From NCBI GenBank assembly GCA_944363035.1, contig CALVTS010000002.1:85277-149276 (forward strand): DNA of 64,000 nucleotides, read 5' to 3'. The stretch comes from an uncultured Clostridia bacterium (GTDB lineage: Bacteria > Bacillota > Clostridia > Christensenellales > CAG-917). The notes under the pieces were generated by a model. The model worked only from the letters and a program-made list of their open reading frames with translations. It was not told where the DNA came from and did not search any database. This document shows positions 56,228-64,000 of the stretch, piece by piece (position 1 is the first letter of the stretch; the number at the start of each line of letters is the position of its first letter). Position numbers and translations under genes: made by a program.

Positions 56228-57339
56228 GCGAAAACCCGCAAAAGATATCCCTTCTCGGACTCAAAGAGGAAGAAATATCCGCGCTCATCCCCGACGCTCC
56301 CCGCTATACGGCGAAGCAGGTGCGCGCATTTTGTTTTTCGGGGAGGAGCATCGAGGAGATGACATCTCTTTCCAAAGCCTTACGCGCCCGTCTTTCGGAG
56401 ATAGCATATGCAGATCCCGTCAAGGTGAAGAGGGTGTATCCCTCCCGCGACGGGAGCAGGAAGTATCTCTTTTCTCTCACGGACGGCGAGCTCATAGAGG
56501 GAGTTTTCATGCCTCACGATTACGGCAACACCCTTTGCGTCTCCACGCAGATAGGTTGCCGTATGCATTGCGCTTTCTGCGCCTCGGGGCGGGACGGGCT
56601 GGTGCGCGATCTGCACTTTTCCGAGATATTGGGACAGGTGGTCGCGGTCAACCGTGCTGAGGGCGGCACTCCGAAAGCCCGCGCCGTCACCAACATAGTG
56701 CTCATGGGGAGCGGAGAGCCCTTTGACAATTACGACAACGTGATGAGGTTTTTGGAGGAAGTGACCGCGCCCGACGGGCTCAACGTGTCCGAGCGCAACA
56801 TCTCCCTCTCCACGTCCGGGCTCGCGGACAAGATAAGAAAGTTTGCCGACAGCGGCAGGAAAGTCACCCTCTCGATAAGCCTGCATTCCCCCTTCGACGA
56901 GGAGAGGAGCAAGCTCATGCCCGTGAACAGAAAGTACGACGTCGCTTCCGTGACGGACGCCGCAAGATACTATTTCAAAAAGACGGGAAGACGTGTGATC
57001 TTTGAGTATACGCTGATAAAGGGCGTCAACGACACCGACGCCTGCGCCGTGAGACTCAAAGAGATATTGAAGGGCTTTCCCTCTCACGTCAACATCATCA
57101 GGCTCAACGATACCGGACTGGAAATGAAGCGTCCCTCGGCGGACGCCGCAGGGGCTTTCATGCTCAAACTCAATTCTCTCGGGGTCTCAGCCACGGTGCG
57201 CCACAGCTTCGGCGAGGACGTCGAGGGCGCGTGCGGACAGCTCAGGCGCAGAGTGAAAGAAGAGGAAGATAGGAAGGATGACAGCACCCGCGACGGGGAG
57301 GAAAAACGCGGAGGGAGGCGCAAGTTCACTACTGTATGA
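56224..57339 (+). CDS. rlmN: 23S rRNA (adenine2503-C2)-methyltransferase RlmN (radical SAM)
   Basis: CRMHCAFCASG radical SAM cluster motif. Charged C-terminal tail. Confidence 0.93.
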   Translation: MSENPQKISLLGLKEEEISALIPDAPRYTAKQVRAFCFSGRSIEEMTSLSKALRARLSEIAYADPVKVKRVYPSRDGSRKYLFSLTDGELIEGVFMPHDYGNTLCVSTQIGCRMHCAFCASGRDGLVRDLHFSEILGQVVAVNRAEGGTPKARAVTNIVLMGSGEPFDNYDNVMRFLEEVTAPDGLNVSERNISLSTSGLADKIRKFADSGRKVTLSISLHSPFDEERSKLMPVNRKYDVASVTDAARYYFKKTGRRVIFEYTLIKGVNDTDACAVRLKEILKGFPSHVNIIRLNDTGLEMKRPSADAAGAFMLKLNSLGVSATVRHSFGEDVEGACGQLRRRVKEEEDRKDDSTRDGEEKRGGRRKFTTV

Positions 57340-58193
57340 GGACGGAAAAAGGCAGAGTCGTAAAGGCGGTATCCTCCAAGTTCTGGGTGGACGTCGGAGG
57401 AAGCGTCAAAGTGTGTTTCGCCCGCAAGAAGCTGAAATCTGACGGGAACATCTTCGTGGGCGACGAGACGGAGATATCGAAGGAGAGAGATAGCTACGTC
57501 ATAGAGCGCGTTCTCCCTCGCAAAAACGTGCTCGTGCGCCCCTATGTCGCCAACATCGACGTGTGTCTCATACTGCTCGCGCCCGAGCCCGAGCCCGATC
57601 TTCTGCTTGCGGACAAAGTCATCGTGAACTGCCTGGAACAGGGCATCGTTCCCGTTTTGATATGGAACAAATCTGACCTTGAAAAAGAGGAACTCTCGGA
57701 GTATAATGACGTATGCGAGCTGTTGTATTGCAGCGCCGCGACGGGAGAGGGCGTGGACAGGGTAGCCGAGCTCATACGCGGCAAGACAGCCTGCTTTGCG
57801 GGACAGTCCGCCGTCGGGAAAAGCTCCCTCATCAACGCGCTTTTGGACAGTCCCGTGCTGGAAGTAGGCGAGCTCGCAAAAAAGATAAAGAGGGGCAGGC
57901 ATACCACCAGGAGGGCGGAGATAATCCCCCTCGGAGAGGGCACCTATCTCGTGGACACCTGCGGTTTCTCCATGCTGGACGCGGTGGATATGCCGCCGGA
58001 GGAGCTGAGGCTCTATTTCGACGATATGGAGAGGTTCCGCAAAGAGTGCCGCTTCAACACCTGTCTGCATCTGGACGAGCCCGACTGCGCCGTCAAAGCG
58101 CATCTCGGGAATGGCGTCGGCGTCGGCAGATACCAAAGATATAAGCTCATCTTCAAGGAGCTTGATGATAGGAGGAAAAACAAATATGATTAA
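57336..58193 (+). CDS. rsgA: ribosome small subunit-dependent GTPase A
   Basis: Circularly permuted GTPase (LIWNKSDL, then GQSAVGKSSLINAL). Zn motif CRFNTCLHLDEPDC. Confidence 0.93.
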   Translation: MRTEKGRVVKAVSSKFWVDVGGSVKVCFARKKLKSDGNIFVGDETEISKERDSYVIERVLPRKNVLVRPYVANIDVCLILLAPEPEPDLLLADKVIVNCLEQGIVPVLIWNKSDLEKEELSEYNDVCELLYCSAATGEGVDRVAELIRGKTACFAGQSAVGKSSLINALLDSPVLEVGELAKKIKRGRHTTRRAEIIPLGEGTYLVDTCGFSMLDAVDMPPEELRLYFDDMERFRKECRFNTCLHLDEPDCAVKAHLGNGVGVGRYQRYKLIFKELDDRRKNKYD

Positions 58194-58830
58194 AGTCGCA
58201 CCGTCCATTCTTTCGGCGGATTTTTGCAAGATGGCGGAAGCCGTGCAAAACGTGGAACGCTGGGGCGCGGACTGGGTGCATTGCGACGTGATGGACGGAG
58301 TATACGTGCCCAACATCACATTCGGTATGCCCATGATAAAAGCGCTCAGGAAATATACGTCCCTCCCTCTCGACGTACACCTCATGATCACTCGTCCCGA
58401 AAAGTACGTGGGGCAGTTCTGCGACGCGGGCGCGGACCTCGTGACCTTCCATCCCGAGGCGTCACTCGACACCGCCGGCGCGCTTGAAGAGATAAAGTCA
58501 AAGGGCGTGAAATGCGGGCTCGTCATCAACGCCGACCAACCCTTTTCCATCGTCGAGCCCTATCTGTCCGAGATAGACCTTTTGCTCATCATGACAGTTC
58601 AGGCGGGCTTCGGAGGGCAGTCTTTCAAGGAGGATTGCCTGGAAAAGGCAAGAAAGGGCGAGGAGATGAGGAAAGCTCTCGGGCTCTCATACGACATTGA
58701 GCTGGACGGCGGCGTTTCGCCTTCCAACATAGAGCTTTGCAAGCAGGCGGGAGCGACGGTCGTCGTGGCGGGGAGTTCCGTTTTCAAGGCGGAGGATCCC
58801 ACGGCGGCGGTCAAAGCCATGCAGATATGA
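58186..58830 (+). CDS. rpe: ribulose-phosphate 3-epimerase
   Basis: MIKVAPSILSADF N-terminus, HCDVMDG, VHLM motifs. Confidence 0.95.
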   Translation: MIKVAPSILSADFCKMAEAVQNVERWGADWVHCDVMDGVYVPNITFGMPMIKALRKYTSLPLDVHLMITRPEKYVGQFCDAGADLVTFHPEASLDTAGALEEIKSKGVKCGLVINADQPFSIVEPYLSEIDLLLIMTVQAGFGGQSFKEDCLEKARKGEEMRKALGLSYDIELDGGVSPSNIELCKQAGATVVVAGSSVFKAEDPTAAVKAMQI

Positions 58831-58846
58831 TGTGCTTTCGTACGGA

Positions 58847-58895
58847 TGCCGGACAGGAATAATACGAACCAGCCTCGTATTATTCCTGTCCGGCA
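58847..58895. repeat. 49-nt palindrome composed of the two terminal repeats of the pnuC-inserted element
   Basis: 58847-58872 TGCCGGACAGGAATAATACGAACCAG matches the 26-nt left end at 7035-7060 at 25 of 26 positions. The perfect 21-bp hairpin arms are 58847-58867 and 58875-58895 (TCGTATTATTCCTGTCCGGCA), around a 7-nt loop ACCAGCC. Confidence 0.8.
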
Positions 58896-58902
58896 TAGCA
58901 AA

Positions 58903-58934
58903 AGAGCCGAGGCGCGGGCTTCGGCTCTTTTTTT
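58903..58934 (+). terminator. intrinsic terminator of rpe
   Basis: AGAGCCGA-GGCGCGGGCT-TCGGCTCT followed by TTTTTT. Confidence 0.7.
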
Positions 58935-59093
58935 GTGACAAGCCGAGACTCGCGGTCATACCATGATAAAAAAGCCGCGCCGACTGCCGAGCTTTCAGAA
59001 GCGGCATGAGGTAGAGGAGGAAAATATGAAGATCATCTGCATCGATCCGCCGAGATTCGTCAAATACTTTTTGAGACTGTTCAGACGCAACAG

Positions 59094-59119
59094 AAAAAAG
59101 CCCGCCGTTTCCGACGGGC
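59094..59119 (-). terminator. intrinsic terminator of rpmB
   Basis: The minus strand reads GCCCGTCG-GAAA-CGGCGGGC followed by TTTTTT. Confidence 0.7.
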
Positions 59120-59142
59120 ATAATGTTTCAGACAAATGAAAC

Positions 59143-59334
59143 TTACGCTCTGTCTATCTTACCCGAACGCAGGCAACGAGTGCACACATACACATCTTCC
59201 GTGCCGCCCGTGGTGGTCTTGACTTTGACCTTCTGGACGTTGGGTGCCCAGCTGCGTCTGGTCTTTCTGTGTGAGTGGCTGACCTGATTGCCGCTCATTC
59301 TGCCTTTACCGCATACGCTGCAAACTCTGGACAT
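59143..59334 (-). CDS. rpmB: 50S ribosomal protein L28
   Basis: MSRVCSVCGKGRMSGNQVSHSHRKTRRSWAPNVQ. 63 aa. Confidence 0.95.
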   Translation of the reverse strand: MSRVCSVCGKGRMSGNQVSHSHRKTRRSWAPNVQKVKVKTTTGGTEDVYVCTRCLRSGKIDRA

Positions 59335-59467
59335 ACTGCACCTCCTCAATCGATAACGCGAATATCTTATCAAATCTCAGAGCCTTTTGCAACCGATTGA
59401 GCTCAAAATCTTCCATTTGGTTGCAAAAAATGTTTGCGTATAGTAAAATCCTTTCAAAAGGTGTTGT

Positions 59468-59818
59468 ATGTCACTTACCACGACCAACAAATACGGCAAG
59501 ATATCCATCTCGGACGAAGCGGTCGCCGCAGTCGCCAGTCATGCGGCTTCCGAATGCTACGGCGTCGTCGAAATGGTCTCCCGCCGTTTCAGCGACAATA
59601 TCGCCACGCTCTGGGGCAGGAACAAGCTCGGCAAAGGCGTCAAGGTCGCGACCGTGGACAACCTCGTTTACGTCGAGGTTTTTGTCATATTGAAAGTTGG
59701 CGTGAATATAGAAACAGTCAAGAAGTCCGTTGCCGACACGGTGAAGTTCGCACTCGAAACTTTCACGGGTATGCGCGTCAAGCGCGTCCACGTCAATGTC
59801 GTCGGCATTCGCGTCTGA
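59468..59818 (+). CDS. Asp23/Gls24 family envelope stress protein
   Basis: 116 aa. KISISDEAVAAVASHAASECYGVVEM N-terminus. Conserved position divergent from rpmB. Confidence 0.88.
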   Translation: MSLTTTNKYGKISISDEAVAAVASHAASECYGVVEMVSRRFSDNIATLWGRNKLGKGVKVATVDNLVYVEVFVILKVGVNIETVKKSVADTVKFALETFTGMRVKRVHVNVVGIRV

Positions 59819-59831
59819 TGGGTATATAGTA

Positions 59832-61490
59832 ATGAATGTCTTAGACGGAAATACTTATAAAATAATGCTCGCGGGAGGGGTGAAAGCTCTCGAACTCAAC
59901 CGTCCCGTCATAGACGAGCTCAATGTTTTCCCCGTGCCGGACGGTGATACGGGCACCAATATGTCCCTCACCATGACCTCCGCCATGCGGGAGACGGCTT
60001 CGGCGCCTTCCGACGACGTGGGCGCGATCGCGGTCGCGTTCTCCAAGGGCGCGTTGAAGGGCGCGCGCGGCAACAGCGGCGTCATACTTTCTCAGATACT
60101 GAAAGGCTTCGCCATCGCGATGGACGCTCAGGTCGCCGTGGACAAGAAGAACTTTGCCGCATCCTTGAAGCGCGGCACCGAGATAGCCTACGGCGCGGTC
60201 ACAAAGCCCAAGGAAGGCACCATCCTCACCGTCGTCAGAGTCATGGCTGAGACTGCGTCCTCCCTCGCAAAAAAGCGCGGGACGACTTTTGAAGAGTTCC
60301 TCGCCGAGGTGATAAAGGCGGGCGAAGCCATACTGCAAAGGACTCCCGAGATGCTCCCCGTGCTCGCGAAGGCGGGCGTTGTGGACGCGGGCGGTCGCGG
60401 GTTGGTCACGATAATGCAAGGGATGTACGCCGCGCTGACAGGCGGCGAGATCCCCGTCCTCGACCCGGCAAAGACTGCTCCCGCCGAGGTCTCTTCCTCC
60501 GAAAAGAAGCAGTTCGTCTCCCTCGACAACGACTACGAAAACATCACTTTCAAGTATTGTACCGAGTTTTTCATCACCCACCTTTCGGGCACGGTGACGG
60601 AATCGGACATCGACAAGTACCGCGACTACCTGATGACCATAGGCGACTGCGTGCTCGTCATAGGCGACCTCGACCTTGTGAAGACGCACGTCCACACCAA
60701 CGATCCCGACCGCGCTCTGAAAGCCGCCTTGAAACTCGGCGAGCTGGACAGCATCAAGATCGAAAACATGATGGAACAGCATCGCAAGCTGGTGGGTGAG
60801 CGCGCTCCCGAAAGCGAAAAGGAGAAAAAGGATCTCAAACCCTACGGCATGGTCGCGATATGCGTCGGCGAGGGCATGAAAGCCATCTTCGCCGATCTTG
60901 CGGCGGACGTCACGCTGGAGGGCGGGCAGACCATGAACCCCAGCGTCTACGACATCCTCAATGCGATAAACGCGACCAAGGCGCAGGACGTCTTCGTCCT
61001 CCCCAACAACTCCAACATCATCCTCGCCGCCGATCAGGCGAAAGAACTTGCGGACGTCAACGTGCACGTCATCCCGACCACCTGTATGCCGGAAGGCATC
61101 TCGGCGGCGATAGCGTTTTCTCCCGACGCCACGCCCGAACAGAACGAGGAGGCTATGACCTCTTCCTTTGCCGATCTCACCACGGCGGAAGTCACCCATG
61201 CGGTGCGCTCGACCAGGATGAACGGCTTCTCCGTAAAAGAAGGAGACGTCATCGGTATCGCGGACAAAAAGATAGTAGCAAAAGGGGAGACCGTCCCCGC
61301 AGCGACATTATCTACGGTCGCCGCCGTGATAAAAGACGCAGAGATGCTCACCCTCTATTACGGCGCGGACGTCACCGAAGACGAAGCGGCGGAAATGTCC
61401 GAAAAATTGCAGGAGAAATATCCCGACCTCGAAGTGGCGGCGTATTACGGCGGTCAGCCTCACTACTATTACATCATCTCGGCAGAATGA
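59832..61490 (+). CDS. DAK2 domain-containing protein (YloV-like)
   Basis: N-terminal Dak2 domain (NVFPVPDGDTGTNM) and C-terminal DegV-like/YloV domain. 552 aa. Confidence 0.88.
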   Translation: MNVLDGNTYKIMLAGGVKALELNRPVIDELNVFPVPDGDTGTNMSLTMTSAMRETASAPSDDVGAIAVAFSKGALKGARGNSGVILSQILKGFAIAMDAQVAVDKKNFAASLKRGTEIAYGAVTKPKEGTILTVVRVMAETASSLAKKRGTTFEEFLAEVIKAGEAILQRTPEMLPVLAKAGVVDAGGRGLVTIMQGMYAALTGGEIPVLDPAKTAPAEVSSSEKKQFVSLDNDYENITFKYCTEFFITHLSGTVTESDIDKYRDYLMTIGDCVLVIGDLDLVKTHVHTNDPDRALKAALKLGELDSIKIENMMEQHRKLVGERAPESEKEKKDLKPYGMVAICVGEGMKAIFADLAADVTLEGGQTMNPSVYDILNAINATKAQDVFVLPNNSNIILAADQAKELADVNVHVIPTTCMPEGISAAIAFSPDATPEQNEEAMTSSFADLTTAEVTHAVRSTRMNGFSVKEGDVIGIADKKIVAKGETVPAATLSTVAAVIKDAEMLTLYYGADVTEDEAAEMSEKLQEKYPDLEVAAYYGGQPHYYYIISAE

Positions 61491-63487
61491 CGACGCTTTC
61501 CGAGATAAAAGGGGTGGGGAGCGCGACTCTTCACAAACTCGCCGAACTCGGGATACGCACGCCTGCCAAACTTCTCTTGCGACTTCCCTCAAAATACGTA
61601 GACCTCAGATCGCCCGTACGCGCGGCAGACGCCGAGTGCGGGCAATTTTGTGTCCTCGAAGGGAAAGCGGTGGCAAAGACCTCGCCCTCAAAGCGAGGCA
61701 AGAAAGGGTTCACCGTACGCTTCATCGACCTCAAAGACGAAAGAGGAGGGGGCTTCAAAGCCACCTTTTTCAACCAGCCTTATTACCACGCCGCATTCAA
61801 GGAAGGGGAGTGTTACCGCTTTCTCGGCAAGATGCCCGAGGGAGAAGCCGTCCTTGTAAATCCCGTATTCGAACCTGCGGACAAGATAGTCAATCTGGAC
61901 GGCGTTTTTACGGTGTATCCTCTCAGAGGGAAGCTCGGTCAAAGCACCTTCAAAAAGCTGGTGCGCGAAACGCTCAACGGACTCACTTCTAAGGACGGTA
62001 TGCCCGAGGAGGTGCTTTCTGCTCTTCGTACGGCGCACTTTCCGTCCTCTTCCCTCGAGGCGGAGGAGGGCATAGCCTTGCTTGCGGCATATGACGCCGC
62101 GACAGCCGTCAACATCTACAAAACTACTCTGAAAAGAGGGGATACCGACAGGAAAGTATTCTATGATTTGCCAAAAAATATAATACTTTCCTTCCTTTCC
62201 GCCCTTGATGTGACCCCTACCCCCTCGCAGTTGCGCACTTTTGAAGAGATACTTTCGGACCTTACGTCAAACAGGAATATGTCCCGCATAGTGAGCGGGG
62301 ACGTCGGCTCCGGGAAGACGCTCACGGCATTTTTTGCGGCATACTGCGCGGCGCTTTCGGGGAGGCAATGCGCCGTCATGGCGCCCACAGAGATACTCGC
62401 GTCTCAGCACGCCGCGAAATTTCGGGAGATCGCAAAGCGTGCGGATATAAGCTTTGCTCTCCTCACATCATCCACTCCGAGAACGGAAGCGGAAAGCATA
62501 CTCCGAGATCTTGCGGACGGGAGCATGAAGGTCGTGTTCGGCACGCAATCGCTCCTCGGAAAAAACGTGGATTTTTGCGATCTCACCCTTGCGGTCATCG
62601 ACGAACAGCACAAATTCGGCGTCAACGAGAGGGCGGAGTTGCAAAACAAAGGGGCAAAGGACGTGCTCACTCTCACCGCCACTCCCATCCCGCGCTCTCT
62701 CGCGCTCACTTTTTATGAGGACATCGCGGTCTCCCGCGTGGAAAGACGGGCGGAAGCCGCGCCCGACATCTCCACCAAGATAGTTTCTGACGCAAAACTT
62801 CCAGATATGCTCCGTTTCATCGCTTCGGAGTGCAAAAAGGGAGTTCAGGCGTTCATCGTATGTCCCTCCATCCGCGACAGCGAGGGCTTCGAGACCCTTT
62901 CTGTCGGCGGATTCGAAAAGGAATACGGCGGGATATTCAAAGACATCCCGCACGCCGTCCTTCACGGGCGCCTCTCGGGTGAGGAAAAGCAAAGCATAAT
63001 GCGAAGCTTTTCCGAGGGAGAGATATCCTTGCTCATAGCGACCTCGGTGGTCGAAGTCGGAGTGGACACCAAAGCCTCCGTAATGTGCGTGCTCGCGGCG
63101 GACAGATTCGGGTTGGCGTCCCTGCATCAGTTGAGGGGCAGAGTGGGAAGAAAGGGGCAGAAAGCCTACTGTTTCCTGCACGCTTCGCATACGGGAGAGC
63201 GCGCTCTTGCCCGTCTAAAAGCCATTGCCGAGTGCTCCGACGGCGGCAAGGTCGCCGAGCGCGACTTCGAGATGAGAGGGGCGGGAGAACTCCTCGGAAC
63301 GATACAGAGCGGCGCGACGCTGACGCCCGCGTTGCAACTTCCGATGACTCCCTCAGTCCTCAAAAGGGCAAGAGAGCTCCCTGAAGAGGTGAAGAGGAGG
63401 GTCTCGGATTATTTTGCCTCTTCCTTTGCGTCGGACGCATATCGCGAATTCACGGAAAAGATAGTGCGCGTCACTTTGGACAGCTGA
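61487..63487 (+). CDS. recG: ATP-dependent DNA helicase RecG
   Basis: ATG overlaps the upstream TGA. Wedge domain, Walker A GDVGSGKT, DEQHKFG, and TATPIPRSL motif. Confidence 0.95.
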   Translation: MTTLSEIKGVGSATLHKLAELGIRTPAKLLLRLPSKYVDLRSPVRAADAECGQFCVLEGKAVAKTSPSKRGKKGFTVRFIDLKDERGGGFKATFFNQPYYHAAFKEGECYRFLGKMPEGEAVLVNPVFEPADKIVNLDGVFTVYPLRGKLGQSTFKKLVRETLNGLTSKDGMPEEVLSALRTAHFPSSSLEAEEGIALLAAYDAATAVNIYKTTLKRGDTDRKVFYDLPKNIILSFLSALDVTPTPSQLRTFEEILSDLTSNRNMSRIVSGDVGSGKTLTAFFAAYCAALSGRQCAVMAPTEILASQHAAKFREIAKRADISFALLTSSTPRTEAESILRDLADGSMKVVFGTQSLLGKNVDFCDLTLAVIDEQHKFGVNERAELQNKGAKDVLTLTATPIPRSLALTFYEDIAVSRVERRAEAAPDISTKIVSDAKLPDMLRFIASECKKGVQAFIVCPSIRDSEGFETLSVGGFEKEYGGIFKDIPHAVLHGRLSGEEKQSIMRSFSEGEISLLIATSVVEVGVDTKASVMCVLAADRFGLASLHQLRGRVGRKGQKAYCFLHASHTGERALARLKAIAECSDGGKVAERDFEMRGAGELLGTIQSGATLTPALQLPMTPSVLKRARELPEEVKRRVSDYFASSFASDAYREFTEKIVRVTLDS

Positions 63488-63595
63488 TTCAAAGAGAGGA
63501 GGAGTGGCGCGGCGTATCAAAAGCGCCTTTCTCCGCCGACACGTCTACCGCGCACGTCAGGTTTTTTACAGCAAAGCTGTAAAAGTCTCGGAGTG

Positions 63596-63623
63596 TTGAC
63601 TTTTTTATCCTATGATGTATAAT
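63596..63623 (+). promoter_or_regulatory. strong candidate sigma-A promoter (TTGACT-16-TATAAT)
   Basis: -35 at 63596-63601, -10 at 63618-63623, in an AT-rich patch just after recG. Confidence 0.5.
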
Positions 63624-63629
63624 ATTATT

Positions 63630-64000
63630 TCGCTGGCGCAGTATTCTAGTCAGTTTTCGCCGACCCGAAGGCGGGGGTAAAATATCGCTAAAGGGCATAT
63701 CGATGAAGTTTCTGGTGATGGCTTTGGTTGCCCAAACCGGGGCTGTTGCTGGGAGTTAAGACTTTCGGGCGCTTCGCAACGGCATGCGAAACTCGACCCG
63801 ACTGTCGCGGAGACCCGTATCGGTGGGCGCCGCGCCTACTGACCGGGGTTAAACCTGCTATGCGGTGCGCAAGTGCTGTGTGCAGTGTAGCCTGCTTTGA
63901 GTGGATCTTCAGGGACAGAGGAACCACGCTCCGACGCGTCCGGCCGACGCCGACGGGCGATCGCCTCTCGAAATGTTGTCTGCAAAAAAAGATAAGGGCG
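63630..64000 (+). other. GC-rich ORF-free transcribed region of unknown identity (rRNA-operon leader or structured RNA/5' leader), truncated by the window end
   Basis: No ORF of 60 aa or more on the + strand after a near-consensus promoter. Composition is GC-rich, unlike the other intergenic regions here. No canonical tmRNA, RNase P, SRP or common riboswitch core was recognised by eye. Confidence 0.3.

Noticed and set aside
59026-59139. 37-codon ORF (MKIICIDPPRFVKYFLRLFRRNRKKPAVSDGHNVSDK) with a strong GGAGGAAAATATG start context.
   Set aside because: It overlaps the rpmB terminator hairpin on the opposite strand and lies in a convergent terminator region. It has no recognisable family features. 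It cannot be supported without conservation or ribosome-profiling data.
63703-63759. 18-codon hydrophobic ORF (MKFLVMALVAQTGAVAGS) as a small toxin or leader peptide.
   Set aside because: The RBS is weak, the ORF is very short, and there is no supporting context. It is mentioned only as part of the unexplained region.

Overview
GC-rich chromosomal segment with Firmicutes/Clostridia-type synteny. Gene orders seen are dprA-topA-trmFO-hslVU, gmk-rpoZ-coaBC-priA-def-fmt-rsmB-rlmN-rsgA-rpe, and rpmB divergent from asp23-DAK2-recG. Most genes are on the + strand, tightly packed and often overlap by a few bases. About 57 protein genes, one tRNA-Ser(GGA) and one pseudogene are supported. Two regions look accessory. 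(1) 6.4-16.1 kb holds a decaying pnuC gene, interrupted by a 279-bp element with 26-bp terminal inverted repeats and by an in-frame TAA. It is followed by a galactofuranose-type polysaccharide cluster with a Wzm/Wzt ABC exporter. The region ends at tRNA-Ser, which is followed by an array of progressively degraded ~220-bp tandem units, each starting with a copy of the tRNA 3' end. (2) 29.6-43.7 kb holds an AraC-controlled 11-gene operon. It joins the canonical hexuronate pathway (uxaC-uxuA-uxuB-like-eda-kdgK) to a Gfo/Idh/MocA oxidoreductase, two xylose-isomerase-like TIM-barrel proteins, a GPH symporter and a carboxylesterase, with no glycoside hydrolase. Next to it is an unusual 491-aa protein: an acidic and lysine/alanine/proline-rich low-complexity region followed by two YegP (DUF1508) repeats. 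A 49-nt palindrome built from the two ends of the pnuC-inserted element sits downstream of rpe. A strong promoter followed by more than 370 nt of GC-rich ORF-free sequence runs off the 3' end of the window. No CRISPR array, prophage, integrase, transposase or recognisable defence system was seen. All calls come from reading the sequence and the ORF translations; no database search was run.
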